Positions 1 to 17,639 of a DNA stretch of 64,000 bases are shown here, in pieces. Made by a program: the position numbers and the translations under genes. Position 1 is the stretch's first letter; each line of letters starts with the position of its first letter. This stretch comes from the human T2T-CHM13v2.0 reference genome, Homo sapiens, in assembly GCF_009914755.1 (NCBI RefSeq), contig NC_060942.1. The stretch is one strand, 5' to 3'. The notes under the pieces are model-generated. The model was not told the DNA's origin. It worked only from the letters and a program-made list of their open reading frames with translations, and ran no database searches.

Positions 1-159
1 CACACCTATAATCCCGGCACTTCGGGAGGCCGAGATGGGCAGATCACTTGAGGTCAGGAGTTCAAGAGCAACCTGGCCAACATGGTGAAATCCCATCCCT
101 ACTAAAAATACAACAATTAGCTAGGCATGGTGGTGCGTGCCTGTAATCCCAGCTACTCA

Positions 160-285
<126 letters not shown>

Positions 286-1442
286 TCATATATGAAGTTC
301 ATGACCAAAATGAGGCTGCTTCGCACTGAGAAACAATAGCTCTAAGTCAAAGGAAGCAGATGAGATGGAGATTCGGAGGACCTGGCAGGAGCATCAAGGT
401 CCCTTATCCACAAACTTCCTGCCCATGCTGCCCAGGGAAAAGCAATACCAGTCTGTATCAGCCAGGGAGAGGCCTGCCAGCCAAGATAGTGGCTCTGGGC
501 TGTGGTTGGTCACAGTAAAGGTCAACCACTCTTATGGGCAGGAACTAGACAAGAACGCTGATTAAATAGTTAGGCCCTAACATAGGACAGGTAGATGAGG
601 AAACCTGAGCTTGGGACAGACAGCCCACAGGACAAATCAACAGTGCCCAGATCTGGCCATCTGCGGAAGTGCTGACAAAGGCCTGAGTCAATACTTTTTA
701 TTCCTGAGAGCTTAGGTCTTTTTGAACCCCTAGTTCAGTCCTTGTAGGGCAGGATCTGGATCTCCTGGGACAGAGAAAACAATATCTGTATTTGATAATA
801 AGGGCTCAGAGCAGATTACAAGAGGTGGGGCCACCAAGGTTTGAAGCAGTGAAGGGACTTAGATGCCCATATTTCTAGGGTTTTCGAATATTTGTGGCCA
901 CTTATGAAACTATCACTTCCAACAGCTATTCTTTCAATAGTAACATTCAAATAGAAGCAGAGACCAAGCACTATAGGGCAAGTGTAAAGAGGACACACCA
1001 TGGAGACTGCTTTCTCTGGCAGTTCAGCTTGCATGCCTCACTCAGCAAAACTAAGCTCAGAAGTTAGTTAGGCTCCTGCCCTTTAGAAGGCATGTGCTTC
1101 AGATAGGGATGGGGTCTCAGTCTCCCTACCCTGAACAGCTTATTCAAGTCTTCCTTCCAGCCTTCCAGCCTTGTGCCACACCATCCCCTCCCTGAGAGGT
1201 ATTCTGAAAACAAAGATTTCCCCATCTTGTTGCATGCCTGGTGCCATTTTAGCACTCTTCAAGGAGTGGTACCCTATCGCACTCACCCAGCCAGACTTGT
1301 CCAAGAATCTTGCCCTGGTATGCTAGGCATGGTGGCTCATGCCTGTAATCCCAGCACTTTAGGAGGCCGAGGTGGGTGGATCATGTGAGGTCAGGAGTTC
1401 AAGACCAGCCTGGCCAACATGGTGAAACCCCATCTCTACTAA

Positions 1443-1604
<162 letters not shown>

Positions 1605-2576
1605 TAGCTGGGACTACAGGCACATGCCACCACACCTGGCTAATTTTTTTCTACTTTTAGTAGAGACGGGGTTTCACCGTGTTAGCCAGGAAGGTCTCAA
1701 TCTCCTGACCTCGTGATCCACCTGCCTTGGCCTCCCAAAGTGCTGGGATTACAGGCAGGAGCCACCATCCCGGCAGGTAAACCACTCTTTTTAGCCTGAA
1801 GGAGAGTAGGTCAGTCTGTTTCCCATTAGTGTCCTACATCTTTGTTTGCTTCCTTAAGAAGAATGTAGGACCCTGAGGGCAGGAATCCACCTCCTCCTCA
1901 TTTTGCAGGTCCACACAGGTCTCTGACTTCTGCAAATGTCAGAACACTTAAGCCCTCATACTCAAAAGACAGTATTTTTAGTGAGACAGCGTCTTGCTCT
2001 GTCATCCAGGTTGCAGTGCAGTGGTGTAATCACGGCTCGCTGCAGCTTCAACCGCATGGACTCAAGTGATCCTTCTGCCTCAGCCTCCTGATTATCTGGG
2101 ACTGCAGGTACTGGCCACCATGCCTTGCTAATTTTAAAATTTTTTTTGTAGAGACAGGGTCTCAATATGTTGCCCAGGCTGGTCTTGAACCCCTGGACTC
2201 AAGCAATTGTCCCACCTCGGCCTCCCAAAGTACTAGGATTATAGGCATGAGCCACAGCGCCCAATCATAAGACACATATTGAGTAAAACTTGGACCACAG
2301 AAAACCTCGAAGTGTAATAGAAGAAATCACAAAACTTTAGATCAATAAACTTGACTGTATAAAGTGTTTTCAAAATCCATATACATATATCATTTTACAG
2401 ATGAGGAGGCAAAGCTGAGGAAAGCTGAATAATTTGAACACGGGCACACACATTCTTTGGCTTGAAAGGAGCCAAACTGGGAATCAAACCCGGGAATGTC
2501 CAGTGCAAAAGCTTGAGGGCCTGAGGACTGCCTCTCACTGTGTCATGCCTATACTGGATGTTAGAACATGTGAATT

Positions 2577-2602
2577 ACACACACACACACACACACACAC
2601 AC
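2577..2602. repeat. (CA)n microsatellite
   Basis: Direct reading. Confidence 0.9.
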
Positions 2603-3157
2603 GTGTATATATACAAAAATATATATTTTAAAATATGCATATAAATTTACAAGCAAAGCATGAGGAAGAAAACAAAACCATTTGTAAAAGAGGAATTACA
2701 AGAAAATAACCAAATGTGCACTCTCCCTGGTGATAAAAACGCAAATGAAAGTTGAATAAGGCACCAAGTTTTGCTTATTGAATGAGCAGAAAAAAAGACA
2801 ATAGCTATGACTGACAGAGTGAAACTAGCATCCGCACATACTATTGGGAACACTGAGAATAGGCCCACTCTTTAGGAAATCATCCTGGTTCTACATATCA
2901 AAAGTTTTTCAATGTCCTTCTGTTAGTTAATGGTTTTTTCAGTCATTCAGTAGGTATTACTGAGAATCTGTCATGTGCCAGGCATTGAACCAGGCACCAC
3001 TGGAGTAAGCAGACAGGAGTGTGGGTCCTCACCCCAAGGGCAGCCATGCCAGCCCTGGAATGACCAATCAGGGGCTTGTAGATGAGAGAGAAATAAACCT
3101 CTTCCTTGTCTAGGCCACTGTTGTTTTGGGGTTTTCTATTACTTGCAGCCAAACTGA

Positions 3158-3442
<285 letters not shown>

Positions 3443-3944
3443 TAAAGACGGGGTTTCACCATGTTGACCAGCCTGGTCTCCAACTCCTGACCTCAGGTGA
3501 TTCACCCGCCTGGGCCTCCCAAAGTGCTGGGATTACAGGCATGAGCCACCACGCCCAGCCCTGCTGTCTGGTTTCTTAATGGAGTAGAGGCAAGATCACC
3601 AAAACACAGTGAGAATGTGGGAGGGATGTGTAGGTTTGAGTGGAAAAGGCATGAAATTATCACTGCAGAAAGGGCAAGAGTGACTTATTAGAGAAACATA
3701 GTAAAATGGCTGGGCAATGATGAGTTCTGTCTTGAGTTTCCAGAAATAGATACTTAAAGAATCCCAATTTTAAATACCTTACACGAATGACATGCACCAC
3801 ATTCTTTATTATAGAAAACACTGGGCCGGGTGCGGTGGCTTATGCCTGTAATCCCAGCACTTTGGGAGGCTGAGACAGGCAGATCACCTGAGGTCAGGGG
3901 TTCAAGACCAGCCTGACCAACATGGAAAAACCTCATCTCTACTA

Positions 3945-4103
<159 letters not shown>

Positions 4104-4108
4104 TCAAA

Positions 4109-4145
<37 letters not shown>

Positions 4146-4256
4146 CTCTAGAAATTACATAAATGCCAAACAGTGACAGAATAGTTGTATCACTCACAAA
4201 ACTTTTCTAAATAATTGTTAGGGAAAGTAGATAGCAATATATAAAATAAGTTATAA

Positions 4257-4662
<406 letters not shown>

Positions 4663-4686
4663 TGATGCACCTGTCTCAGCCTCTGA

Positions 4687-4881
<195 letters not shown>

Positions 4882-5776
4882 TAAAGCAGTAGAATACAAG
4901 ATAGTACAGATACTATAGGATTATAATTATGCATGGAGGAAAAAAGTTGGGAAAGTACCAAATCACTAATAATATATATTTTAATAACCTTAATTTTATG
5001 TTAATATTAAAAACTATTGGCCAGGTGCAGTAGCTCATGCCTGTAATCCCAGCATTTTGGGAGGCCAAGGCAGGCAGATTGCTTGAGCTCAGGAGTTTGA
5101 GACCAGCCTAGGCAATATGGTGAAACAGCGTTTCTACAAAAAATACAAAAATTAACCAGGCGTGGTGGCATGTGCCTGCGGTTCCAGCTACTTGGGAGGA
5201 TTGCTTGAGCCCAGGAGTTTGAGGCTGCAGTGAGCCGTGATCGCACCACTGCACTCTAGCCTGAGTGACAGAGCAAGACCCTGTCTCAAAAATAAATAAT
5301 TTAATTAAATTAAAACTACTGTTTTAAAATTTCATGTTGAGACTCATCTTCTTGAGTAGCTAATAATCTCTTAGAGGTGAGATGTTGTGTGTCTGTCTCT
5401 CTGTGAGCCCACAGCAGCTACCACAAGGCTGGCCACTCAGACTTCACATAGACATTTGCTGAGTTGAACTGCCTGAGATTACGTGGGGAATGGAGAAGAA
5501 GTTCCTCTCTTCAACAAGTTGCTGTGTTTTCTCCGTTGGTCACAAGGTCTCTCACCAGAAGGTGAGCCCCACGTGTGTGGGCTTTGTGCTGCACCCCTTC
5601 TTGAGTATAGGGCTTCTAAAGAAGCCAGAGCCCGTCCTTAATGATATTCTCCTCATGCAAGACCACCAGCCAGTCACAGCAGAACAGTTTCTTTAAAAGG
5701 GTGGAACAGGCCGGGTGCGGTGGCTCACGCCTGTAATCCCAGCACTTTGCCCAGGCGGGCGAATCACCTGAGGTCA

Positions 5777-6849
<1,073 letters not shown>

Positions 6850-7001
6850 AAATCCGAGAGAGTATTTAAAAATTACAGCAACAATCTAAACATTGTACAA
6901 AATACACTATGGGGTCAGCAGGGAGACTCTGTGGTGTTAACCTGTATTCTTTCTGTATTTTTTTTTTAAAGCAGCCTCCTATATTTATCTAGAGCACTGT
7001 A

Positions 7002-7767
<766 letters not shown>

Positions 7768-8911
7768 TATAGAGAAAAACCATTGAGCAAAGCCAGAGGC
7801 AACATCAGTTCAAACTCTGCTAAGGCTCCAGAATGACAAGATTCCAATCTGGTAAAAGGTTTGGATGAGAGTGACAGCCTTGTGTTGACAGCAGGGCAAT
7901 GAGCCAGTTCAGACAGCCCCAAGACTTTCCCTAGTCAATCCCAGGCAGAGAGAAGCCCTGCCCACTACAGGAACAGGGTTGCTGAAACAGCAACTAGGAA
8001 GCTGGTCTACACCAAGAACCTTGGGAATCAGGAAGGCCCAGGAAAAATAAGTATCTACAGGAGGTTCAGGGACGATTTGGACCTCACACCCAAGTGAGAA
8101 GCCTGGAAATCCCCAGGGGTGAGAGAACACTGCTTTCATCTACCCTTCCAAAACGGGTCCCACTGTCACCCGTGCATGCCCGTATCTGAAGGACACTGGT
8201 GTCTGATCATCCCAAAAACTGGAATTTTTTCTCATTGTGGCCTGGCTGTTTCCCTGGATCTTTGGAAACTGTGGTCACTGTCTTATTCTGACAAGATACA
8301 ATCAAAGTTAACCAAGAGAAATTATACAGCACTGCTTAACCAAAGTGCCACAAAGAAGGTATAAACAGGGAAGGGTGGGAGAGAAACAACACACAGGTAT
8401 GTACCAATAGCAGGCAAATTCATTGGGGGCCAATCCCAGTTTTATTCATTTATTTTAAAATGATTTTTAGAGACAGGGTCTCACTATGTTGCCCAGCCTC
8501 CTTAGTAGCTGGGACTACAGGCACACGCCAGCTCCAAGCCCAGTTTTAAACACTGATTATTCCCTTTTGAAGCAGATTCATCGAAGATTTCTTTAAATAA
8601 ATATTTTCATGAAGCATTTAAATACATTCATTTATGAAGTGTGTATTGACTCATACTTTTTCAGGAACATGTACAAACACGTTTGACCACAGTCCTCTCA
8701 CCTTCCTTGGAATGTCCCTCTCTTGGGCCTGTGATAGCTCTTTCCTGGTTGTATCCCTTCATCTCTTCCTCTATTTCTCTGTCCCCTTTCTCCTCCTCCA
8801 TCAATAGAGGCATGCACTAAGAGTGCTTCTTTGTGGACTTCCGATCTCTTCATTCTTTCTCCTTGAATAACCATCACTCACTTCTTTTACTTGTCACCTC
8901 TACTGCTGATA

Positions 8912-9130
8912 ATAATAGCTGGCAACTATAGGTGCTCTCTGTGTGTCAGGCACTGTACTAAACTCTCAAGTTTAATCCTCCCAACGGTCCTAAGGAGTAG
9001 ACACTGTTATTATCCCCATTTTTATGTATGGAAAAACTGAGGCTTGGGGGCGGAAGCAGGCTGCCCAGGGTCACCTAGCTAGTAAGGGGCAGAACTGGAT
9101 TCAAGCCCGGGCAGCCCACCTCAGAGGCTT
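8912..9130 (-). mobile_element. MIR SINE
   Basis: Core ATTATCCCCATTTT...AAACTGAGGCT...CCAGGGTCAC..AGCTAGTAAG.GGCAGA.CTGGATTCAA. Confidence 0.75.
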
Positions 9131-9534
9131 CATGCTGTTCGGTAAGCTCTCAAAACTGGACATCTTCCCAAGGGGCGGGGCCATCTCCACCAGCCCCTCA
9201 AACCCTGCATGTCACCCACCAGACATTAGAGAGTACTCACTGACATGTTTGTACTGGCTGTGAAGATATTAAAATACTGCAAACTCTGTGGCCTGGAACC
9301 CTGTCTTCACCCTGTCACCCTCTCCGCTAAGACCTCCCCGTATCCAGCATCCCTGGCATGGGGCTGAGGGGTGGAGGCTGGTGGGGAGGGGCTTAGCGCC
9401 CGCCTGGCCTTAGCCTTGCCAGTGCTAAAACTGTGGCTAAATACTGAGGATTGTGTTGTTTGGTTGGGTTTGTTTGTTTGTTCGTTTTTGAGACAAACAC
9501 AAATCACTCTGTCGTCCAGGCTGGAGTGCAGTGA

Positions 9535-9645
<111 letters not shown>

Positions 9646-9661
9646 TAAGATTTTTTTGTAG

Positions 9662-9775
<114 letters not shown>

Positions 9776-10779
9776 TGAACTAAATACTGTTAGTATCACG
9801 TCTGCCTCCTTCTCCTTATGTCTCCACGAACCAGTTCCTCTGCTGACTTCCTTATTTCTGGGGCCCACATCTCATTCTCCAGTTTGTATTATACAGAGCC
9901 TTTTTCCCACAGTGCCTGCCATGGGATCCCCCAGTCCTCCATTCTACCTGAAAAACTCGCAAGCCTCCCGTGAGAGCCATCTGTGGTGCCCTTGGTTCCT
10001 CTGTGAGGCTGCCACCACCCTGCACCCTAGGGTGAGTAGTGCCCCAGAAGGACCTCACAAACTCCAGTGAAGGGACTCACAGGCACAGTCTCAACTGTGT
10101 CCCTGAGGTCCCCAGCCAGGTTTCTCTACCCTGCAGCCCACGTGGGGTAGAGGGACCATCTAGGCAGCTGTGAAGCTACCTGGGTGGGTGGTGGGGGGAG
10201 GCAAGCAGGAGCCCCAGTAAGGAGTCAGGGCCCCTTGGCAGCTGCGGTCAACTTTGAGGTTTGCAGCCTCCTGCTCCTGTCTTAAAGGGATGAGGACAGC
10301 TCCTCTGAATGAGGGGGCATGGACCTTGAGGGGCACCTGGGGAGTGAGAGGACAGAGGGAAGAGGACTAGACAGAGGAGGGGGACAGGCAGACCTGCTCC
10401 CTCCAGGCTGGGCTGGCCCTACCGGGCTGGGTGGGGTACCCCCTCCAGCTTATAGGGTCTCCCACACCATCAGCCCCGCTATGGGGCCTGGACGGAAGGG
10501 CTGGGGCAATGGCCTGGGGAGGGGGCTCGGGAAACAAGGCTGTAGAACAGGGAAAGCTCCAGCAAAGGGAAGCCCTCTATGCTGTACGTTTCCTGGAAAG
10601 GACGATCCCGGGGGGCAGCTGCTGCTGTCAACCCGGTAAAGCTCACAAGCCCCCACACCAGATCCCCCCAGATCCTCTCACGGCTCAGCTCCAGGGACCG
10701 GCAGAGACTCTCCCCGGACGGGTCTCGCCTCCCTAAGGGTCTCTGCTTCGCCTGTGAGAGGAGGGGTTGATGTCCTGAC

Positions 10780-11700
10780 TCTAAGGTGTCTCGGCTCTCT
10801 GCGTCCTCAGGAGCACGCGCTGCTGGGGGCGCGGGCGGCAGAGGGTGGGCCCTGGAGTCCGAGCCCCCGGGACTCGCGGGCACGCGGTGGGTAGCGGGGG
10901 ACAGAGAGGGAACAGCAGCCCGGCGTCCGCTCCAAGTCTGCCCCTCGAGCAGTGGGGCTGGGGCCCCGATCCCTTCACGCGCGAGCTCCGCCAAGCCCCC
11001 GGGCGCGCGGTCACCGAGTGGCGCCGGAGCTGGGGAGCCCCCCACGCCCGCCGCGTTGGCCTCCCGCCCGGGCCGGGTCCTGAGCCCCGCGATCCGCTGT
11101 CGGCCCCACGACTTACCCAAAAGTTTCCCTTGAACAGTGAGCGCGTCATCGCAGCGCGAGTGGGGGCGCGGAGGAGAGCCGGGCCGCAGGTAGCACAGAG
11201 CGGGGAGGCCTGACTGCCACTGCCCGCGGCTCCGCAGACTCAACTTCTGCGTTCCACACTCGCGCAGGGAAGCCGCCCCCGGGTCCTAAACCACTCCCGA
11301 TTGCGACGGCCGCCGTCGGCGCTCTGCGCTCCCTGCGCGAGACCTGGGCGGGACCCTCGGCGCTCACCCGGCCAGGGGCTGCAGCCCGCACCCGGACCCA
11401 GGCCCATTTAAAGCCCCACAGCGTCGGGCCACGATCAATATATCAGCCCGAAGCTAGCTGCCTCCTTCTGGAAGTCTTTGGGTATTGGAAATAACTGGTC
11501 CTGGCTTGGGTTCCTGCCCACAAGGCCCCCTGGACAGCACGAAATCCAGGCTCTGCGGGGTGATAGACGGGATCTGATCAGATGGTCGCGAGGACCCGGT
11601 TTAAGCTACAGAAGGCCTGGGGCCGACAACTCCCGCAGACGCCTTGGCTTCACGGCGGGCCCCACCGGCACCTGCTGCAGATCAGGCCCTGGGGGACGGT
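10780..11700. promoter_or_regulatory. CpG island / PSTPIP2 promoter and exon 1
   Basis: Dense CpG and very high GC around the ATG; boundaries approximate. Confidence 0.85.
11117..11149 (-). CDS. PSTPIP2: PSTPIP2 coding exon 1 (MTRSLFKGNFW); rest of gene lies left of the window
   Basis: ATG at 11149-11147 in a CpG island; 33 nt matching the recalled PSTPIP2 N-terminus, followed by consensus donor TGG|GTAAGT (11116-11111). Confidence 0.92.
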
Positions 11701-12004
11701 TCATTTTTTATTTTACTTTTTGTTGTTGCAGGTGTTTTTAATGAATGGGGTCACGTTTTAGTCTAAAATGTCATGGAGAGGTCATCTCTGCTGTTTCCCC
11801 TTGACTCTAGTCACTTGGTGGTGTCCTAACAGGGCTTCCAGGAGCTCAGCCGCTCTCTGACTCCCTTTCCATTCTCAAAAGGCAAGACCCTTCCCTGCCC
11901 ATTCCACCCCAGCAAGAGGGGCCCAAGATTCCTTCTTCTCCCTCCACTCTTCCACCCTCACAAATAAAACCCCAGGGCAGGTCAGACCCCTCTCTGCATT
12001 GTAG

Positions 12005-12051
12005 TAGATTGGTACAAAAGTAATTGCGGTTTTTGCCATGACTTTTAATAG
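12005..12051. mobile_element. Truncated MADE1 (Hsmar1-derived MITE), one arm
   Basis: TAGATTGGTACAAAAGTAATTGCGGTTTTTGCCATGACTTTTAAT matches the Hsmar1/MADE1 TIR. Confidence 0.8.
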
Positions 12052-13050
12052 TAATGCAGGGCTTATGACAAAGTACTGCCTGGTGCGACAGGCCCGAAGC
12101 CCAACCTGAGGCCCAGAGGGGTTGAATGGCTTGCCCAAGATCACAGTTTATTTAAGGGATGAAGAGCTCAAGGTTAGAGCTCTGCCCTTCTAAATAGATG
12201 CAAAGACAGACATCCTTCCTGGGGCAGATCCATCCTGGGCAGAGGAATAGGTGCTCAAAGTGGGGAGGATAAAGGTCAAGGTTGCCAAGACTGGCACCAG
12301 CCCAGCCTGGAGAAGCAAGCACTCACCCCTGGAGCAGGTTCTAGCTACACCCAGACACAGTGAAAGGGCAATTGCTAGAATTATGTGAAGCACCTGGAAC
12401 AAGTTCTGCTCCATAAAACTGCAGCCAGCCCCACTCAGATGAACTCCCACCAATAAAGTCATCCACAACTGCAAAGATGGAGAGGTGGCCTCCAGCCACC
12501 AAGCATCTCCAAGGGATGCATCCATTTACGTACTTGCTCATATCCTTTGAAAGCAGTGAGATTAGAAGGAAGGCAGAGAAGCCTGGCAGAACCATCAAGG
12601 GGCAGCAGAGGACGTGGTAGGCACTAGGAAGCTAGGCTTAACTGCAGGGGGTAAGAAATGGCACAAACTGGGGACATAGAAGCGGGAGAGCTGAAGACAC
12701 CACTAAGGTTTTTCCTGGAAGTTTTAAATATTCTGGAAAAATAGTTTAGATACAATTCTAATTGTCACATTTTAATTTTTAATACATGTATAATTTTAAG
12801 TTATTAGAACGTTTCACAAGCTCTCACAGTACATTGTGCTTGATTTTCGCGACTCAGACTCTAAGCTCCCTGAATTTTAACCCTCTTCCGCCATCTGGTG
12901 ACAAAGTTTTTAATTGCAAATGGTCATCCACGCTGCTGGAAAATATTCTTCATTCCTCAAACAGCTCATCTCTGGGGCAGGTATTGTGAGTAAAAAAACA
13001 AACAAAGTGTGTGCTATATCCAAGGGACATATTTAGGATATTTTACTAAC

Positions 13051-13773
13051 TTCTGTGGTTTGAATGTTGCCCCCTCCAAGAATTCTTGTTGAAACTTAAT
13101 CTGAAATGAGACAGTATTGAGAGAGGTAGGATCTTTAAGAGGTGATTGGGTCACGAGGGCCACTAGTCCCATTCATGGATTAATGGGTTAGTAGATTAAT
13201 GGGTTATCAGGAGATGAAACTGGTGGCTTTATGCTTTATAAGAAGAGGAAGAGATGGCTGGGCACAGTGGCTCATGCCTGTAATCCCAGCACTTTGGGAG
13301 GACAAGGCAGGTGGATCACCTGAGGTCAAGAGTTCAAGACCAGGCAGGCCAACATGATGTAACCCCATCTCTATTAAAAATACAAAATTAGCCGGGTGTG
13401 GCGGCACACGCCTGTAGTCCCAGCTACTTGGGAGGGTGAGACAGGAGAATCGCTTGAACCCAGGAGGCATAGGCTGCAGTGAGCCGAGAGTGCTACTGCA
13501 CTCCAGCCTGGGCGAGACAGAGTGAGACACCATCTCAGAAAAAAAAAAAAAAAGAAGAAGAAGAGGAAGAGAGGCCTGAACTAGCATGATCAACCTCCTT
13601 GCCATGTTACACCCCATGCCACAGAGTCCCTACCAGCAAGAAGGCTGGCACAAATGCGGCCCCTCAACCTTGGACTTTTCAGCCTTCATAACTGTGAGAA
13701 ATAAATTCTTTTCCTTTATAAACTACCCGATGTCAGATACTCTGTTATAAGCAACAGAAAACATACTAAGACA
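13051..13773 (+). mobile_element. MaLR MST-family solo LTR with inserted Alu
   Basis: TGTGGTTTGAATG...GGATTAATGGGTTATCA...AGCAACAGAAAACATACTAAGACA; 5-bp TSD CTAAC (13046-13050 / 13774-13778); Alu TSD AGAAGAGGAAGAGA. Confidence 0.82.
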
Positions 13774-14214
13774 CTAACAAAATTAAACAATATTATAGCA
13801 ATTATGAAATAATGAAATTATTTAATATATTTAAGACATAATACATTTAAGATAATCGCTGTGAATATTTTGGCATACTCTCTTTCAACTATATATTTGC
13901 AAGAGTAAGTTCTTACTGTACATAAAATTTTGAGTCTTGCTTTTTTAACTTAGTATTTCATAAGTATTTTCTAAAATCACTCAATGTATTTTTTCTAACA
14001 AAAAGTTTGATAGAATACAGGGCTAGCCACTTTATAAGCAGACAATTTTGCACATAAAAATTGAAAATCTCTGTGAAGGGCTGGGCAGGGTGGCTCACAT
14101 CTGTAATCCCAGCACTTTGGGAGGCTGAGGCAGGCAGATCACTTGAGGTCAGGAGTTCGAGACCAGCCTGGTCAACATGGTGAAACCCCGTCTCTACTAA
14201 AAATACAAAAATTA

Positions 14215-14469
<255 letters not shown>

Positions 14470-14686
14470 TTACAAATATATTCTCACATATGCAAAGTAA
14501 AAGATGACACAGTTGTTCATAGCAGTGTGGTTATTTTGGCAAAAGACTTGAAATAATTAATGTCCATCCATGGAGTACTAGCTCAATATATTGTCATATA
14601 TCGATCCAATGAAATCATATTCAAGCATAAAAAATGAGGAAGCTCTTTGCGTATTGATATGGAACAATCATCAGATATATTAATAA

Positions 14687-14953
<267 letters not shown>

Positions 14954-15333
14954 TAGCCAAGATGGTCTCTATCTCCTGACCTCGTGATCCGCCCACCTGG
15001 GCCTCCCAAAGTGCTGGGATTACAGGCATGAGCCACCGGGCCCGGCCCACACACACACTTTCAATGGTCCCCTCTAAAGTGGGGATCTGGGGCCTGAGAG
15101 ATAGGAGAGAGCAGAAGAGAGCCCTACTTTTCATCCCATGCCCTTCTGGACCTTAGAATTTATACTCTGTGAGTTTATTATAAACCCAAAGAAAACTCAT
15201 CAATATCATTTTTAATTTTTGCATAACTTCCCATCAAGTGGATATACCAATATGTACTTAGCATTTCCCTAATGCTTTTGGAAATATTACTGTGATAAAT
15301 ATCTTTTAAATAAATCATTGTTAAAATTATTCA

Positions 15334-15633
<300 letters not shown>

Positions 15634-15966
15634 TTACTCATAGTGGAATTACAGGTTAAAGAATATGAATATTTTTAAGGGTCTTGAAATATATTACCAA
15701 ATAGTTTTCCACAAAAGTTGTATCAGTCTATACTCTCAGTAGTCTACAGCGGTGTCCCTGCCTTTTCAGAAACATTGGATAACATCATTCATAATCCTTG
15801 TTATATGATCATGGAAACGCTCTCATTATGCTTTAAATTTGCATAGTTTTAATTACTACTTGATCAGGTTTTTCATACGCATGTTTTTTCAGGCTATGCC
15901 ATCTTTTGGGAATTGTCCTTGTCCTTTGCCCATTTATCTCTAGAAGTTTTGTTAGTTTTCTTTTTT

Positions 15967-16060
15967 AAAGCCAGTCAAATTTAGCAGTAGGGGACTGTAC
16001 ATCAACTTTAGTGACACTAATGTTAGTAAGTTCTGATAATCCACTACCACTGGACCAGCC
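15967..16060 (-). pseudogene. Y4 RNA (RNY4) processed pseudogene
   Basis: Minus strand GGCTGGTCCAGTGGTAGTGGATTATCAGAAC...CTAAATTTGACTGGCTTT plus A-rich tail; degenerate TSD tagaagttttgtt (15941-15953) / taaagtcttgtt (16061-16072). Confidence 0.92.
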
Positions 16061-16431
16061 TAAAGTCTTGTTCCTTTTTTTTTTTTAACCAATTTGCCAT
16101 TTTTGTTGCAAACATGTCTTGCTCTGTATTTCACAGCCTAGCACGCTACCTAGCACATCATAGGTGCTCAATAAACATTGATTTAACTGAATTAATTTGT
16201 ATTTAATTAGATTTTTGGGGGCCCCGTTTTCATGTTTATACAACCCTATGTATTGACGTCCTCTGTCATTTTTTCCATTGCTTGTTTTGCTTAAAATCCC
16301 TTTCCCATCCAGGATCAGTGCAAAACAGATGTGACTTGGAAGAACCTCGGAGCAGTCAGACCTATCTTGTAGTTACAAGGACTTGCTGACTTCAAAAAGT
16401 AAGAAATCATCCCACCCAACCTGTACTCATT

Positions 16432-16810
16432 ACCTATTGCTGCAAAATACATTACTTCAAAAATTGCAGCTTAAAACAAGAAATATTTATTATTGCCCAC
16501 AGTTTCTCAGGGCTAGGGATTTTAGAATTGTGTGAGTCTGGCTCAGGGCAACTCATGAAGTGGTAGACAGGCTGTCGGTGGGGCTGCAGTGGGCCTGAGC
16601 CCCACCAGGAACTGGAGAATCCGCTTTGAGCTAACTCCTGTGGTTGTCTCCAGCTGCTTGCTGGCTGTTTGCCTGAGGTAAACGTCATAGTGGCATGGGC
16701 TTTGTCATAAAGCTGCTCACAACATGGCAACCTGCTTTCCCCAGAGCAAGGGATCTGAGAAAGAAACTCAGACAGAGGCCATATTATTTTTATAACCTAA
16801 TCTCAGAGCC
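16432..16810 (-). mobile_element. MLT1-family MaLR LTR fragment
   Basis: CTATTGCTGC...GCTTAAAACAA...ATTTATTATTG.CCACAGTTTCT..TTTTATAACCTAATCTCAG pattern. Confidence 0.6.
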
Positions 16811-16984
16811 CTATTTAGGGCCATGTCACCAACAAGTGGCAGGAGTTCCTACCTAACCCAGACCCCAACCCTGGGTCTGAATGGAGATTCCCATGCAACT
16901 CAGATCTGTGAGGCACTGCTGTGTCTCCTCTCTGCCCATCAGTGGTCACCCACACACAGCATTAACACTGCTAGCTGGAGTCTA

Positions 16985-17455
<471 letters not shown>

Positions 17456-17639
17456 TCACCCAGGCTGGAGTGCAGTGGCATGATCTTGGCTCACTGTAAT
17501 CTCTGCCTCCTGGATTCAAGCAATTCTCCCGCCTCAGCCTCCCAAGTAGCTAGGACTACAGGCGCATGCCACCACGCCCGGCTAATTTTTGTATGTTTAG
17601 AAGAGACAGGGTTTCGCCATGTTGGCCAGGTGGTCTCCT

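Noticed and set aside
10479-11243. 254-aa ORF and overlapping ORFs in the PSTPIP2 CpG island
   Set aside because: Stop-poor GC-rich sequence; only the 33-nt exon has splice and protein support
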